Part shown: in pieces, positions 26,661 through 40,766 of the stretch
Layout of the letters: each line of letters begins with the position of its first letter
Numbering within the stretch: the first letter of the stretch is position 1
Assembly (NCBI GenBank): GCA_017654855.1
Contig: CM030335.1
Coordinates: 1 to 64,000 of the forward strand
Length of the DNA stretch: 64,000 bases
Direction of reading: 5' to 3'
Source of the DNA: Podospora anserina
Taxonomy: Eukaryota
Notes under the pieces: generated by a model
Databases searched by the model: none
What the model was told of the DNA's origin: nothing
The model's input: only the letters and a program-made list of their open reading frames with translations
Program-made: the position numbers and the translations under genes

Positions 26661-27022
26661 TAAAATAGTAAGAAAATATATAAAATAATTATAATACTAT
26701 AAATATACTTTTAATAGGTCTCTAATAAATATATTTACGTAATAGTAATTCGCTTATAAGCCGTACTTTACGTAGGATAAAGAAAAAACACTATAGGCTC
26801 GCAGGCCATATAATAAGCACCGGATTAGCCTAATTAGAGGGCTAGAATTGCCTATACGCATATAAGGTATAAAATACGAAGAAAAATAAAAGTCGATGTT
26901 CTGTCTAAAATAAAATGTCCGAAGTAAACTACTTATATATATAGCTCCCCTGAACCCCTGAGTCTTCTGAGCGCCCCGCTTCCTTACTTATACTTTTAGG
27001 CCTATAGCCGTACCTTAAACTA
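26661..27022 (-). mobile_element. Solo LTR family B inserted in a 202-bp unit
   Basis: 362 bp homologous to 27640-28002; 4-bp TSD gtat/atat. Confidence 0.9.
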
Positions 27023-27440
27023 ATATATTTATACCTAACTTTATATTTACTATTAATAAATCTATAACGCTCGTACGATAATATACTTTATACTATTCTA
27101 TACAGCTCGTTTAAACAATTTTTATAATAGCTTTCTTTTTCGTTTTAGTAAGAAAAATTTTATTAGATCGTATAACTAAATTCTTAACGGATCCTACCCC
27201 CTATTTCTAAAGTGAGGCGTTTTTTTTAATGCGTTTCTTAACGGATTGTACTATAATCCATCGGAGAATAACTAATAGGATATTCGGCTATAAATAATTT
27301 ATAAGAATTAAAAGTAAATTTTAATTATTTTAATAAATAAAAAGTATTTTATTAGTAATACTTAAAACGATTAAAGCTTAAGTAAATAAAAGATTAGTAT
27401 TTAGGTTTATAGGTAATACTTATAAATCTAAATACCGAAA

Positions 27441-27510
27441 AACCTCGATAGAAATCGAACCTATACCTTTAATATAGTAATCGATATACTATATATTATA
27501 CTACGAGGTT
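27441..27510 (-). pseudogene. RIPed tRNA-like sequence, copy 1
   Basis: 70 nt bounded by a perfect 7-bp acceptor stem AACCTCG/CGAGGTT. T-arm ATAGG-TTCGATT-TCTAT (B box) and A-box-like TAGTATAAT. The anticodon loop appears to be 6 nt. Confidence 0.7.
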
Positions 27511-27639
27511 AATAAGTACGAAAGAATTTAAAATTAACTAATATTATATGCTTTTATTATAATAAAAAAAAGTCGAAAGTATATTATTAATAAAATAATT
27601 AATAAAATAATATTTAAATTTATAAATATTAATGTATAG

Positions 27640-30600
27640 TGAAATAGTGAGAAAACACACAAAACAACTATAACACCACAAATATACCCTTAATAGGTTT
27701 TAGAATAAATATACTTACGTGATAGTAACTCGCTCGCAGGCCGCACTTTACGTAGGATAAAGAAAAGACACTATGGGCTCGCAGGCCATATAATAAGCAC
27801 TGGATTGGCCTGATTAGAGGGCTAAAATTACTTACACGCGTATAAAGCATAAAATATAAAAAAAAGAATAAAAGTCGATAATCTATTTAAAATAGAATGT
27901 CCGAAGTAGACCGCTTATATATATAACCCCTAAACCCCTAAGTCTTTTAAGAGCCCCGCTTCCTTACTTATATTTTTAGGCCTATAGCCGTACCCTAAAC
28001 CAAACCTCCCTTCGTATTTAACTACTATAAACTAGTAAGTAAATACGTATATAAGAAAAAAAATCTTTTATAAATTAAAAAAAAAAAAAAATATCGTTTA
28101 ATAGAAAAAAGGAAAAGAAATATAATCTTACTATCCCCTTATTTATTTTCCTTTAATTAAAGAGAAAAACACCTTTACTTTTCGGATCTTAAAATATACT
28201 TCCGTCCCTATCGAATTATTATAATTAATAACCTAATAACCTCCTCCCTTTATCTCTAAGGAACTCTAGGAGCCTACTCCTATCCTATAAAATTAAATAT
28301 ATAATTAAGCGAAAGGTAGGTTATTAATAATCCTAAGTAATTATAAATAGGAGGACGGGTAATTATAGGTTTAAAGAGGAGTAACGAGTTTATTATTATA
28401 AAAGTACGGAATTTAAAGGGGGTTACTACCTTACTTAATTATTAAAAGTTATTTAATATATTACTTAATTTAAACCCTTTATAATTAAAGGAAAAATCTA
28501 TAATATATTTATTTTTTTTAATAATAATAATTAAAGTTAATAGAGAATTAAAGAAAGAAAAATAATAAGGAATTAGTAAAGATTTAAAAAGAAATAAGAA
28601 GGTATTTAATAAATTAAATCCTTCCGCGTCTATTAAGTCCTTTAGGCCCCTCCTCCTCTATTTCTTATTATACACCTTTTAATTAAGTTTATAACTTAAA
28701 GACTTTTTTATATAAGCTATTTATAACCTTATTATTTTTTTCCCTATAACGCTTACGGTCTTACAGTCTTTATAATAACGATCTCCTCTCTAAGCCTTTA
28801 TTACCGTTAAATCCTCTTCTTTACTATACAAAATACTTCCCTAAAAATAAATATAGTAATACTTTAAAACTTAAAAACTATATTCCTATACCCCGCCCTA
28901 TTTACCGTAAGCTAACCTCCTTACTTTTATATTAAAATTATAATAAAAAGCGTAACGGATATAAAATACTAAATAAAAAATAATATTAATTTAATACCCC
29001 TTTTAATTTTTTAATAAATTTATATAAATTAAAATATTAATAATAACGTCGTAAATATTTATTATTTAATAGTTTCCGTTATTAATATAAATAGGAAAGA
29101 CTTAATATTATTAGTTAAAAGTATTATAATTATTATTAAATAGGAAAAGGCGTATTAATAATTTTATTATAATAGGGTTTAAAAGTTTTCTAGGGATCTA
29201 TATATAACGTTTAAAGATTCTTTAAAGAAAGTACCGAAGAACGTAAGTAAGGACCGAGCTAATAAATTATTATTTAACCTCTAATTAATTTTAAAGATTA
29301 TATATAATATAAGTAAAGGAAATTATATAAATATGTTAAAATATAGCACTTATTTGTGGATTTTACAGTATGTTCTTTCTCGTGGCTTACAGCACTCAAA
29401 GGCTTCAAGCCACAGCGCCCATAACGCCCATAGCGGTTATAAGGAACTACAAAGTTTTTATATAAGCCACTATAGCTAACTAAACCGGTAGAAGTTATGG
29501 GGATTAATAAGGAGGAAAAAGAGGTTTTGGATACCTATAAAAGGCTCCCCTCCCAGTGTATTTAGAATAATCTTTTTCTTTTTTAAATTTAAGTTAGATA
29601 ATTAAAATTAATATATTAATTTACTATACTTTTATAGAGTATAGTTCCCTATATTTACTTTCTTTCGGTACTACCTTATACCGTCGTACCTCGTAATTCA
29701 AGAACCCTAAAGTCTTTAAATAATTACTTCCGACCTACCTAAAAGGTATATAATTAATTTACCGATAATATATTTTAATAGGTTATAAGCCTAGACTTAT
29801 ATTTAAGTTTTAACGAGTTCCTTTATTTTATATTCCTATAGCGGTTTCTTACTGTAAGCTCTATTTTTATAAGCTATTAAACCCTAAAATTAAAATACTT
29901 AACTTTATATTTATTAATTAACGTTTTACTTTTTAGGCTTTCGTTTTTTATAATGAATAAAGAAATAGGGGACGTCCCCCCCTTCCTAACTTACTTTTAA
30001 ATATCGACCCGACCGCTTTAAGTTAGTAAATCGCTACCTAATTAAAAATTTATTTTAAAGTCCAGTTTAATAAACTTATAAAGAAATTAAAAGATATAGT
30101 TATTTATTAAAATAAAAAAATTACTACGTTATAGGTTTCTATTAGAAATTCGGTACCTCGTTTAATAAACTCCTTTATATTAGTACCTTCGGCTATACCT
30201 ATCTCCGCTTCCTTATTATCGATACTTCTTACTTCGCTTACGGCTATTATTTTTTTAATAAAGGACCTTAATAAGTAAACCCTTTAATTAATTAAAAAAA
30301 ATAAACTTTTAAAGCTTAATAATTATTAATAATAAATTTAGGTTTTTATTATTTAATTAAGGGTTATAAGGATTTTAAACTTTATTAGTAAACCTACCGA
30401 AATTATTAATACCCTAACGGATATATTTAAAGTTTATTTAGTTTTTACTATCCGAAATATTTTTTAGTAGGGTCCCCTTTAAACTATTAAAGTAAAGGAC
30501 TTTCCGGCTATTATTTTCCTACGCCTATAAGTATAGTATACCTTAGCTTAGTTAGTTATTTAAAATAAGTTTTATAAGTCTTACTATTTACTAAAATTTA

Positions 30601-33600
30601 ATAATTTCTTTACGGTAATAAAATTTAATATTAAATTTAATACTTTTATTTCTCGACTTAAAGGTTTAAATATAATTATTTAAAAGATTAATTAAGTTAA
30701 TTACTATTTAAATACTTTAGAATATAGTTTTTTATAGTAATATAAGCGCTATAGAACTTTAATTTATTATTAAATATATTTAGGCCCGGCTAAATTATTT
30801 AATTTTTTTTTTTTTTAAAATAATTTTTTTATAAAAACCCGGAACTTAATTACTTCGGTTACTTAAGCTCTTATAGCCCTATAGTTTTAATACTTTAAGG
30901 TTTAAAAGAATAATAAATTTTTTAAAGATAAGCTTAAGAATTTTAGATCTTTAAGGGGTTTAGGGGGTTTAAGGGGTTTAGAGAACTTTAAAGGCTCTAT
31001 AGATTTAAAGAGTTCGGGAAACTCGAAAAAAAAAAAAAAAAAATAAGTTTAAAAAATATTTTTTATAAAATTCCTCGCCCTTAGCGGATACTATAGAAAT
31101 CTCCTTCCTAGTAAGCTTTAATTTTAATATAGGATTCTATAATATTTTAAAAGATCCCTCTTTTAGTAAAGGAAGCCCTATAATTTATATTTATAAAGGC
31201 CTTTAAGGCGTATAGTTTTTCGATACCGGCTTTACTATTTATATATATAACGAGAGAAATTTTTTTACGGACTTTTTAATATTCGAAAACTTAAACTCGG
31301 TTTAAATAGGGGGCGGCTCTATAAGCTTAATAAACTAAAGTACTATAAAAGTCTATTTCTATACCGGAATTAAAAACGGAAGGGCTTATTATTTTACGGT
31401 TTTGCTTTTTAAAACCCTTTATATTCCGAATTTCCTATTAAATATTATAAATAAAAAACGCTTTTACTATTCTAAAAGAACCTTATTTTATTAAAAAATC
31501 TTTAATATTAATAAAAAGTTTATTATTTTATTTAATTTCGATAAATCCGGATTTTTTTTAAAAGTTAAAAGAAAAAGCCGCCCCGAAAAATATAATTATT
31601 AATATAATTATAACGCTTATATTAAAAATTCTAGTAATTTAAAGGACTTTAAGATTCTTACGATCCTTAAAGAATTTAAAACCCCCGAAATTTTAAAAAG
31701 GGTTAGGGATTAAACGTTAATTATTTTACTAATAAAGTTTTTTAAAGAGTCTTTTAAAGAACCCTTAATAATATTTATCGAGGCTACTATCCTCTAGTAT
31801 ATACGGTTAAATTATATAAGCCTTACCTTTCTAAAAAAAACTTTTTTAATTACCGAAGGAATATTTAATTTATAAAAGATCCGGCCTAAGGATTTTATTT
31901 ATAAAAACTATAATACCGTAAAAATCCTTCGTAAGCCCTCTAAGTAAATTATTAATAACCTTTTATTTACTTTAAGCCAGATTAAAAAAAATATTATTTC
32001 GATTAAACCTTTTTTATTTACGAAAAAAACTTACGCTTTTATTTTAATAAATCGGAAAACCCGTTACCGCTTCGTTCGGCCCCTAAAATTAAAAAAAAAT
32101 ACCGTTTAAAAAACCCGCTTAATAATCGAAAGCCTAAAAAACTCCCTCCATAAATACCTAAAGTACTTTTACTATAACAGAGGAAAAAAAATCTTACTTT
32201 TAAAAGCTTATCTCGTAAAAAAAAGTATTAACTTTAATACTTTAAATTCTAAAACCCTTAACTAAAACGGTTTAATAAAGCGTTTTATTTATATTATTCT
32301 TAACCGATTAAAGACTATAATATTTATTTTAGGCTTCTTACTTACTTTTTAAAATTATATTATTTAATTTATAATCGAAATTATTAATAAAATAATATAA
32401 TTCTTTAAAGAATTTACGCTTTATTAGTTTTTCTATAATAAATTATTTCTTAATTAACCGGCCTATAAGCCTAGCTTTCTAAATTATAAGGCTATTAGTA
32501 CCGAAGTTACGGTATATATCCCTACTAAAAGCCGGGTTTTAAAAGAGAAGCTTGTGCTTAGAGGAATTAAAGGCTAGCTCCTTATAATCCTCGGCTATTA
32601 AACTTACTTAATTTATTTAAATCTAAATAAAGTTATTTAAACTAACTTTATAAAGTTTTATAAAAACCTTAAAACCCAGTTTATAAGGCTACCGAACTTT
32701 ATTAACCTATTAAAAATAATAAACCGGTTTAACGATTTAAAAAATAAGTTAGATATTTAAACCCCTATAAAGAACCCTATTTAAATACTGGATTCTGGAA
32801 TTCTAGTACCCTTTATTATTATTAAAATCTTATTACTTTAAGTAATTCGGGAGTAACGTAAGGAGTTTAAGTTTATTAACGAAATAAATTATATTAAATT
32901 TATTAATTATTTAATTTTTAAGTCCCTAGAAACTTTAGTAATTTAGCTTACGGCTATATCTTTAGAGCCTAATACTTTTAAATAAATCCTAAAGTACTTT
33001 AATAAAAATTAATAATTATAAATAATATTTATAGAAATATAATAATTTTTTATAATAAAGATTTTTTACTTTATTAACCGTTTAAAAATTAAAAAGTAAT
33101 TAATTATTAATCGTTAGGTTTTTAAAGAAAAAAAAAATCCGTAAGGTATTATAATAAAGTATAAAATACGGTTAATTACCCGGGAATTTTAATAAGCTTT
33201 AGGAATTAATTTTCTATAGACTTACGTTTTTATTATAAGCCCTTTAATTTAAAAAATTATATTAATTATTATTATAATATTCGATTAGAATATTAAGTAA
33301 ATAAATTTCGTAAAAACCTTTTTAAATTCGGAAACCGATTTCGATATATATATCGAACTTCCGTAAAGCTTAACCGAGTTTTTTTATAATAATTTAACCG
33401 CTATAACCCTACTTAAAAAAGCTAACTAGGATCCTATAAAAAACTAAATTATATTTTTAAAAAAATCTTTCTATAGCTTTAAGTAAGTATTTTACTTATA
33501 ATAATAAAAGGTTTTTATAATAGCCCGGGCATTAAGTTTTAAGCTATTAATTTTAAATATAATTACTTACTTTTACTTAAATTATATAATTTTTTTTATT

Positions 33601-36600
33601 AATTACGTTAATAATTATTTACTTATAGGCCTATAATACTTATAACTCTAGGCCTTAAAGAAAGTAATAAGTAATTACTATAATATCGAAAATCTCGGCC
33701 CGGCTCGCTATTTTTTAAATATTTAAATCGAACGTAATAAGCTAAATCGTTACCTTTAACTTTACTAAAAAACCTATATTAGTAAAGCCGTTAAATACTT
33801 TAATATTAATACTAAACCCATACCTTTTCCTTTAAACTTAAGGCTTATAAAATACAATAATAAGTCTAGAAACCCTATAATACCTATAAAGCAATACCTT
33901 TACTAATAACTAATCAATACTATTATATATACTATAGTCTAAACGAAGCCTAATATAGCCTTTAGTATTTAATAATTATTATAGTACCTAAAAACATTTA
34001 CTTTAATATACCTTAAAGCTATTAAATCCCTTCTTTCCTACCTATATATTACTATAGATTTAATTATTAATTACGGCTCGAATAAAGATTTAATACTTAT
34101 TAGGTTTACGGATAGTAATTAAACTAAATATAAAACTAGTATTAAATTAATATATAATTAACTATTTATATTTGTTAAAGGACCTATTAATTAAAAATCT
34201 AAGAAAGCCTTTATAATCTCTTTTAGTACCTTAAAAGCCGAATTTATAGGGCTTATAAAAGGTTTTAAAGAAACTATATAGCTTAAGGGATTATTCTAGG
34301 AGATCGGTAAGCCTATTTACTAACTTACCCCCCTATTATATAATAACAAAAGCTTTATTATTACTATCTATAGTAATAAATATAACCGCCGAATAAAATA
34401 TATATTTATTAAATTCTAAAGGATTAAAGAAACTATAGCTACTAAAGTAATTACTATTACTTACTTACCTATTAAGAAGATACTAATTAATAAGCTTACT
34501 AAAGCTCTTCCGGTAGCTCTATTTAATAGATTTATAAAGCTCTTAAATCTCACTAAACCGTTTTAGTTACCTACGTATTACGGCTATAAAGGGGGTATTA
34601 AAATATAATATTTATTTGTAGATTTTATAGTATATTCTTTCTTATGGCTTACAGCACTTAAAGGCTTTAAGCCACAGCGCCCATAACGCTTATAGTAGTT
34701 ACAAGGAACTATAAAGTTTTTATATAAACCACTATAGCTAATTAAACCGGTAAAAGTTGTGGGGATTAATAAGGAGGAAAAAGAGGTTTTGGATGCCTAT
34801 AAAAGGCTCCCCTCCCAGTGTATTTAGAATAATCTTTTTCTTTTTTAAATTCAAGTCAGATAGTTAAAATCAATATACTAATTTACCACACTTTTGCAGG
34901 GCATAGTTCCCTATACTTGCCTTCCTTCGGTACTACCTCACACCGTCGTACCTCGCAGTCCAAGAACCCCAGAGTCTTCAGGTAATTGCTTCCGACCTAC
35001 CTAGAAGGCATACAACTAGCCTGCCGACGACATATCTCAACAAAATATTATAAATATAAATCCGATTAAGGAGGGTTATTATTTTTAAACTAAAAAAAAA
35101 ATATTTAATAATATTAATCGAAAATTACTTTACGAAAGTAATATTAATTTAATCGGGCCGCCTTCCTATAATATAATCTCCTAAGTTAATAATTAAATTA
35201 AAACTAAAACGAATAGGCTAAAAAGTATTATTACTTTAAAGAAAGAAGATATTACGCGGGAGACTAAAGCTATAGACCCTATCGATACTTTAAAGGTACG
35301 CTTTCCAAATAATTTCTTTAACGAAATTATTAAAAAAACCGAATTTCTTAATAATAATAAAAAAATTTTATAATATATTATAAATAAATTTTATAAAAAA
35401 TATTAATAATATTATTTTATAAAAATTAAGAGGGAGTAATATATAATATAATTTATAATTAGAAGGTTATCGAGAGGGAAGTAAGGAATTTTTTTTTTTT
35501 TTTTTTTTAAAATAAAAAGTTAAAGAGGGAAAAAGATCTTCGGTAAATCTTTATTCTTTATTATTTATTTAATTTATAAAGTAAAATTATTAAATAGTTA
35601 CGTAAGCCGTTTAAGGAGGAAAGAGCGCTTTAATAAGTCTCCTTCCTATAGAGGTCTATAGGACTAGTCGCACCGTCCTATTCTCTAATTATAAATACCT
35701 ATACCAGTTCTCTTTATTCCCGCTTACTTTTAATTTTTTTTAATATTTATTAACCGTTTCCTTCTAATAACCTTTTCTTTAAAAAAACCTATTACTTTAT
35801 TCGATTAAACAGTTAACGACCTTACTACTTAAATATCTATAACCTCTTTTACTAAAAAACTTTTTAGTTAGTTCGAGGGAGTCTTTAACCTTATTACGTA
35901 CGACTAGTCCGAAGTCGCTATAGACCTTACTTAAAAGCCTTTACTTACTACCCTTACTTATCGTCCTACCGACCTTACTTATATTCTTAATAATTAAAGC
36001 GTTATTTATAAAAAATATATTTAAGTTCGGCGTCCTATTTACATTTATAACTCTATTATACCTAAAAGTATTAATATTTATTATAATATTTTTTTCCCCT
36101 ATTAAGCTACTCTTTAGTACCTTAAGATTTCTCCTTTAAATCCTAAATATATAGTTACTTCCCTTTACTTTAAATAATTTTTTTTAATCTAACGAAAAAG
36201 GGGGGTAAAAAAGAGTAATAATTATTTTTTAAGGATATTAGTATAAATAAAACTATTATTAATTATATTTTTAAAGTATTATTAACCGGTTCCGTTAAGC
36301 GGATTTTCGTCGAACGGTTTAATAGGTAATTCTTCGGGTATTAACTTTTCGAAATCGTTAAGCGGGCTTATTACTTTAAAGGTTTATTTATTTAAATTAC
36401 CGGGTTATTATAAGTACCGCCCCCTTAATTAAATTTAGCCTAATATTAATATATTGGATTTAGTTATATTAATCTATATAATAAATATAATTAAAGCTAT
36501 CGCTGGTCTTTCGTAATATTTTTCGATAGGACTAAAATTAAAGTAATATAATTATATTTCGGTTATATAAAAAGAAAGGACCTCGATTAAAAATATAAAA

Positions 36601-39600
36601 ATTATTAATATAAAAGTATTTATTATTTATAGTTTAATATTAATAAGGATAGCCTTTATTTTAAGGATTTTAATAGTAATAGGTTATCGAAGTTAAATTA
36701 TAATACTGTAAGTTTAATTCTTAATAATAAAAAAGTTAATTAGGATTAAAAGTAAGAAGAATAGCGGGCTAAATATAAAGAGTTTAGGAAATAATAAATA
36801 AATAAAAAGAAAGAGAAGAAAAAAGAAAAAGAATAGTTTTCTATTTCTTTAGATTAGAGGAAGGGGTATAAAGAGAGGAATAAATTAGAAAAAGAAATAA
36901 TAGGAAAAAAAAAAAAAATTTAAAAATTTAATATAATAATCTTTACCCTAATTAATTATTTTCTTTAGTATCTTTTTTTTTTTAAAAATAAATAGTTTCC
37001 ATAGCTCTATTCTTATAATATAAACTTTAATACCCTCTTAAAGAAAAATAATAATTATAACGCTTTCGTTATTATCTCCCCTAATTACCTAAAAAATCCT
37101 TTAATCTACCTTTCTTTAAAACTACTTTTATACTTTTGCCTTTCTTAAATCTCTTTTATACTTTAGTATTTTTCCGTTTTATCCAAATCTTCCCCCTAAT
37201 TATTATTCTCCTTAATATTTCTTCCATTATCTTTTTTTTTTATTTTTATTTTCTACTATATTTATACTTTCCTTTATTCTATTCCTAGGTACCTACTTAA
37301 CTTTCTTTAATCCTGGCTATATATCTATATCTTTTTTATTTATATATATATTTTTTAACCTAAAAAACTTTTTTACCTTATTTAACGTATAAGAAGCTTA
37401 TAATAATACCCTATCTAATATCTTTAGGAAATAGTAAGTATTATTTAGTTTAACCTTCTTTACTTTAAAAGGGCCGTCCTAGCGGTACTATAGTTTCCTT
37501 ACTATACTTATATCTAACTTTCTATCTATTTTATATACTAATACCAAGTCCCCCCTTTTAATTATATTATTCTTAAGCCTAATACTGCGAATCTCTTTTC
37601 TGTTTTTTCTTACCGCGGCTTTTTATCTTACTATACCAACCCTTTTAGCCACTAGAATTAGATTTATCTCTTGGGATTTTAATAGTTTTACCCTTACCTT
37701 TATTAAATCTATAGTCGCTCTCTCCTTCCAGTATCTCCCTGATCGGACGAGACTCCCTCCTTAACTACTTTTGGCTTCTCTTACGCGGGGGTGAGTACCA
37801 CTTTCGGATTTTCGGCTGAGGCTAAGTTATTTATATCCTTTTTCGGTAAATCCTCGATCCTTACTCTCTTCGCTCCTTACGCGCCTACCCCCACTTCCAC
37901 TTTTTAGTTATAGATAACCACTGGGGTATTATCGGAGCACTTTAAAATACTCCTAGGCAACTACTTCTCTATTGAGTAGCGTTATAAAGTATTCCTAGTA
38001 ATATAGTTACTAATTAAATTCTCGTTAAACGGTACGTAGGGTTTAAAGTACTTATAAAGCCTGTTTAACTTAATATCTATAGCCCTAACTATCTAAATAA
38101 CTATTTATTTCCTTTCTTTAATTAAAGAGACTTCGGGCCTATATCCCTTACCCTTACGAACTTCCCAGTACTTAGCCCATTTCTTATAAGCTTTATAAGC
38201 CTTATTTAGTTTTAATTTTAACGAAATTATAGTACGAACCAGGTCGCTAACCTTCCTTTTATACTACGCCTTTTTTATATCCTTTTAATTAAACTATACT
38301 TTTTTACTTTCCGGCCACTCCTTTTTACCGATATATACTTTACCTCCTTTAGTATAATATAATCTCTACGCCTTATTATATTCCTTTTTCGGATACTCTA
38401 TCGATTTAGCGTAATAGTTAGTCTTACCGTACTAGAAGTACCTTTTTAGTAGGGGAGGGCTATTACGGTACTACCCCTTTAATTTTCCGAACTAAATTTT
38501 AATATTAATAATAGGGAAAGTATTAAAAAATAAATCTATTTCCCTATTAAGGCTAATATTAAAATTTAGGGAGTAAAGTATTTAGTTTTTTAAATATTAA
38601 ACGTAGGTTTTTATTATCCTAAATTTATTATTTTTTAATATAAAAAAATTATTATAAATATTTACCTTTAAATACTATAATACTATCTCTCTATTTACTA
38701 TAACGTTAACCGCTATATATTAATTAAGTATCTCGGTCGCCTAATTAAAAATAATAAAGGAAAGTATAATAATTAATTTATTTTTTTTATAAATTTTTCC
38801 TCTTACATTATACCTATCTTCGATTATATTATTAATTTAATCGCTTTAAATAATAAAATTTATAGATCTTAAACGACGTTCGGATCCTCCTCGGTTAATA
38901 AGGATTATCCTTATTAATTCGGAGAATTTTATTTAAAAATAATTAATAACTTTAGTTTTTATTACTTCTTTCTCCTCGATCGGTATTTAAAAAAGTAATT
39001 TAAAATAATTAAAAATAACTTTCTTTAACTCGCTTATACCTTTAGAAATAACTTTAATATAAAAGTTATTTAACTCCCTATAAATATCTTTATTTTATCG
39101 GGGGTTATAGATTTTAAAAAGGTGTTTAAAGCGGATAATTAAGATAGGCTAAATATCGGTAGGTATAGGTAAATTTATATATTTATTAATTTATTTTCCT
39201 ATATCGAAGTTATATTAAAATTTAAATTTATAAACGTAAAAAGTAAATTCTACGATATAATACTCTTTATAAATATTCTCGAAATACTTTAAAAATTCTG
39301 TAAAGTACTTTCCTTTAAAATTACTTTTAAAACTAACTTTCTTTAGATTAAGGAATTTACGTTAAAGAAAATATATAAATATTATAAAATAAGGGGTTAA
39401 ATAATTAAATATAAAAGATTTTTAAAAATAGCGATAGTCGGGGTAAGTTTCTATAGGATATAGGTATCTGGGTTACTAAAATTAATATGCGAATTTAGAA
39501 AGAGGAGCGGGATATCCGGTATACCGAGTGGGAGGCGTAGTATAATTTTAAGTAATAGAATTTAGGTAGGTACGAAGTCTATTTAGTATATTAAGAGCGT

Positions 39601-40766
39601 TAAGTTTTATAGTCGGGCTACTTTAATTAAAAAGGGGGCGAGGGGTTTTAATATTTTTAAAATAAATATGGTTCGTAATCGGGGAAAGGACGAATAATAA
39701 TAATTTTAGGGACTTAGTTACCGGAATAACTATTTTTATTATAGAACGAGCCGTAGGAGTTTAATACCCCTAGTTATTGCTAGAAAGGTTAGCCGAAGCG
39801 ATAAGTAAAATATTATTAAATATATTAATACTTAATAATTATTATTATATTTATATTAATAATATAATTTTTTCTTTATATATATTATTAGAAATATAAA
39901 GACGGTTTTCCTTAATAATTTTAATATATAAATATAAATTATATTTATTTAGATTAAAGGGAAAGTATTTTTATCTCTTTATTTTTAAATTTTTAATATC
40001 CTAAATTAAATTAATTTAGAAATCCCTACGATTATTTACTATTATTAAATAATATATTAAAAGAATTCCTCCTAATTAAAAATAAGAAAGGACTTTAATA
40101 ATTAACGCGGAAATAAAATCCATTAATAAATAAATTTTAATTAATATTTTTAATTTACTTCCCGGTCCTATCCGGACTATATACTTAACTCTCTACTTGC
40201 GGGTAAAAAACTTAAAGTTTAGTCGATAATAAAAGAGCTTTATCCGATTAAATAAAGAAGAATCGTTTCTATTAAACCTCGCGGGATTTAATAAAGTTAT
40301 TGGTACTTATTATTGTTCGTAACTTCGCACTTCCTTTAATACCTAGGGCTTATAAATCTAGTTTGGACCCTAAACTTTACTTAACCCGGGCACGACCTCT
40401 ATTTAAAATAGTAAAAAAATATATAAAATAATTATAATACTATAAATATACCCTTAATAGGTCTCAGAATAAATATATTTACGTAATAGTAACTCGCTCG
40501 TAGGCCGCACTTTATATAGGATAAAGAAAAGACACTATAGGCTCGCAGGCCACATAATAAGCACCGGATTAGCCTAATTAGAGGGCTAAAATTGCCTGCA
40601 CGCGTGTAAGGCATAAAATACGAAGAAAAGAATAAAAGTCGATAATCTATCTAAAATAGAATATCCGAAGTAGACCGCTTATATATATAACCCCTAAACC
40701 CCTAAGTCCTTTAAGAGCCCCGCTTCCTTACTCATACTTTTAGGCCTATAGCCGTACCCTAAACCA
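27640..40766 (-). mobile_element. Gypsy family B LTR retrotransposon, internally deleted (non-autonomous), carrying a nested Copia
   Basis: 363-bp LTRs at 40404-40766 (5') and 27640-28002 (3'); 4-bp TSD gtag/atag; PBS T(G>A)GAGGTCGTGCCCGGG below 40403; PPT gaagggagg at 28005-28013. Gag knuckle YF*YGKTNYY = CFWCGKTDH at ~38440; integrase C-terminus GDLVLV...KL*YR*DGPFKV at ~37555-37465. Confidence 0.88.
29334..35042 (+). mobile_element. Full-length Copia family A LTR retrotransposon, RIPed
   Basis: 447-bp LTRs at 29334-29780 and 34596-35042 (TG...CA); TSD AAATA; PBS ggttataagcc; PPT aaaggggg. Integrase *NGLIKR (=QNGLAER) at ~32264 lies before RT KYKIRLITR (~33160) and YVNN (=YVDD, ~33604); RNase H GFTDSN* at ~34104. 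Confidence 0.96.

Larger units (their letters stand above)
25933..27279. repeat. Older remnant of the 202-bp array (about 3 units, with two solo-LTR insertions) plus end cap, copy 3 (27178-27279)
   Basis: Array-unit sequence at 25933-26120, 26452-26660 and 27023-27177. A cap start (aattcttaacggat) at ~26610 is truncated; the full cap ends ...aactaatagg at 27279. Confidence 0.9.

Noticed and set aside
27441-27510. Calling the tRNA-like units functional tRNA genes
   Set aside because: RIP-damaged stems, an apparently 6-nt anticodon loop and no D-loop GG; kept only as pseudogene-like.
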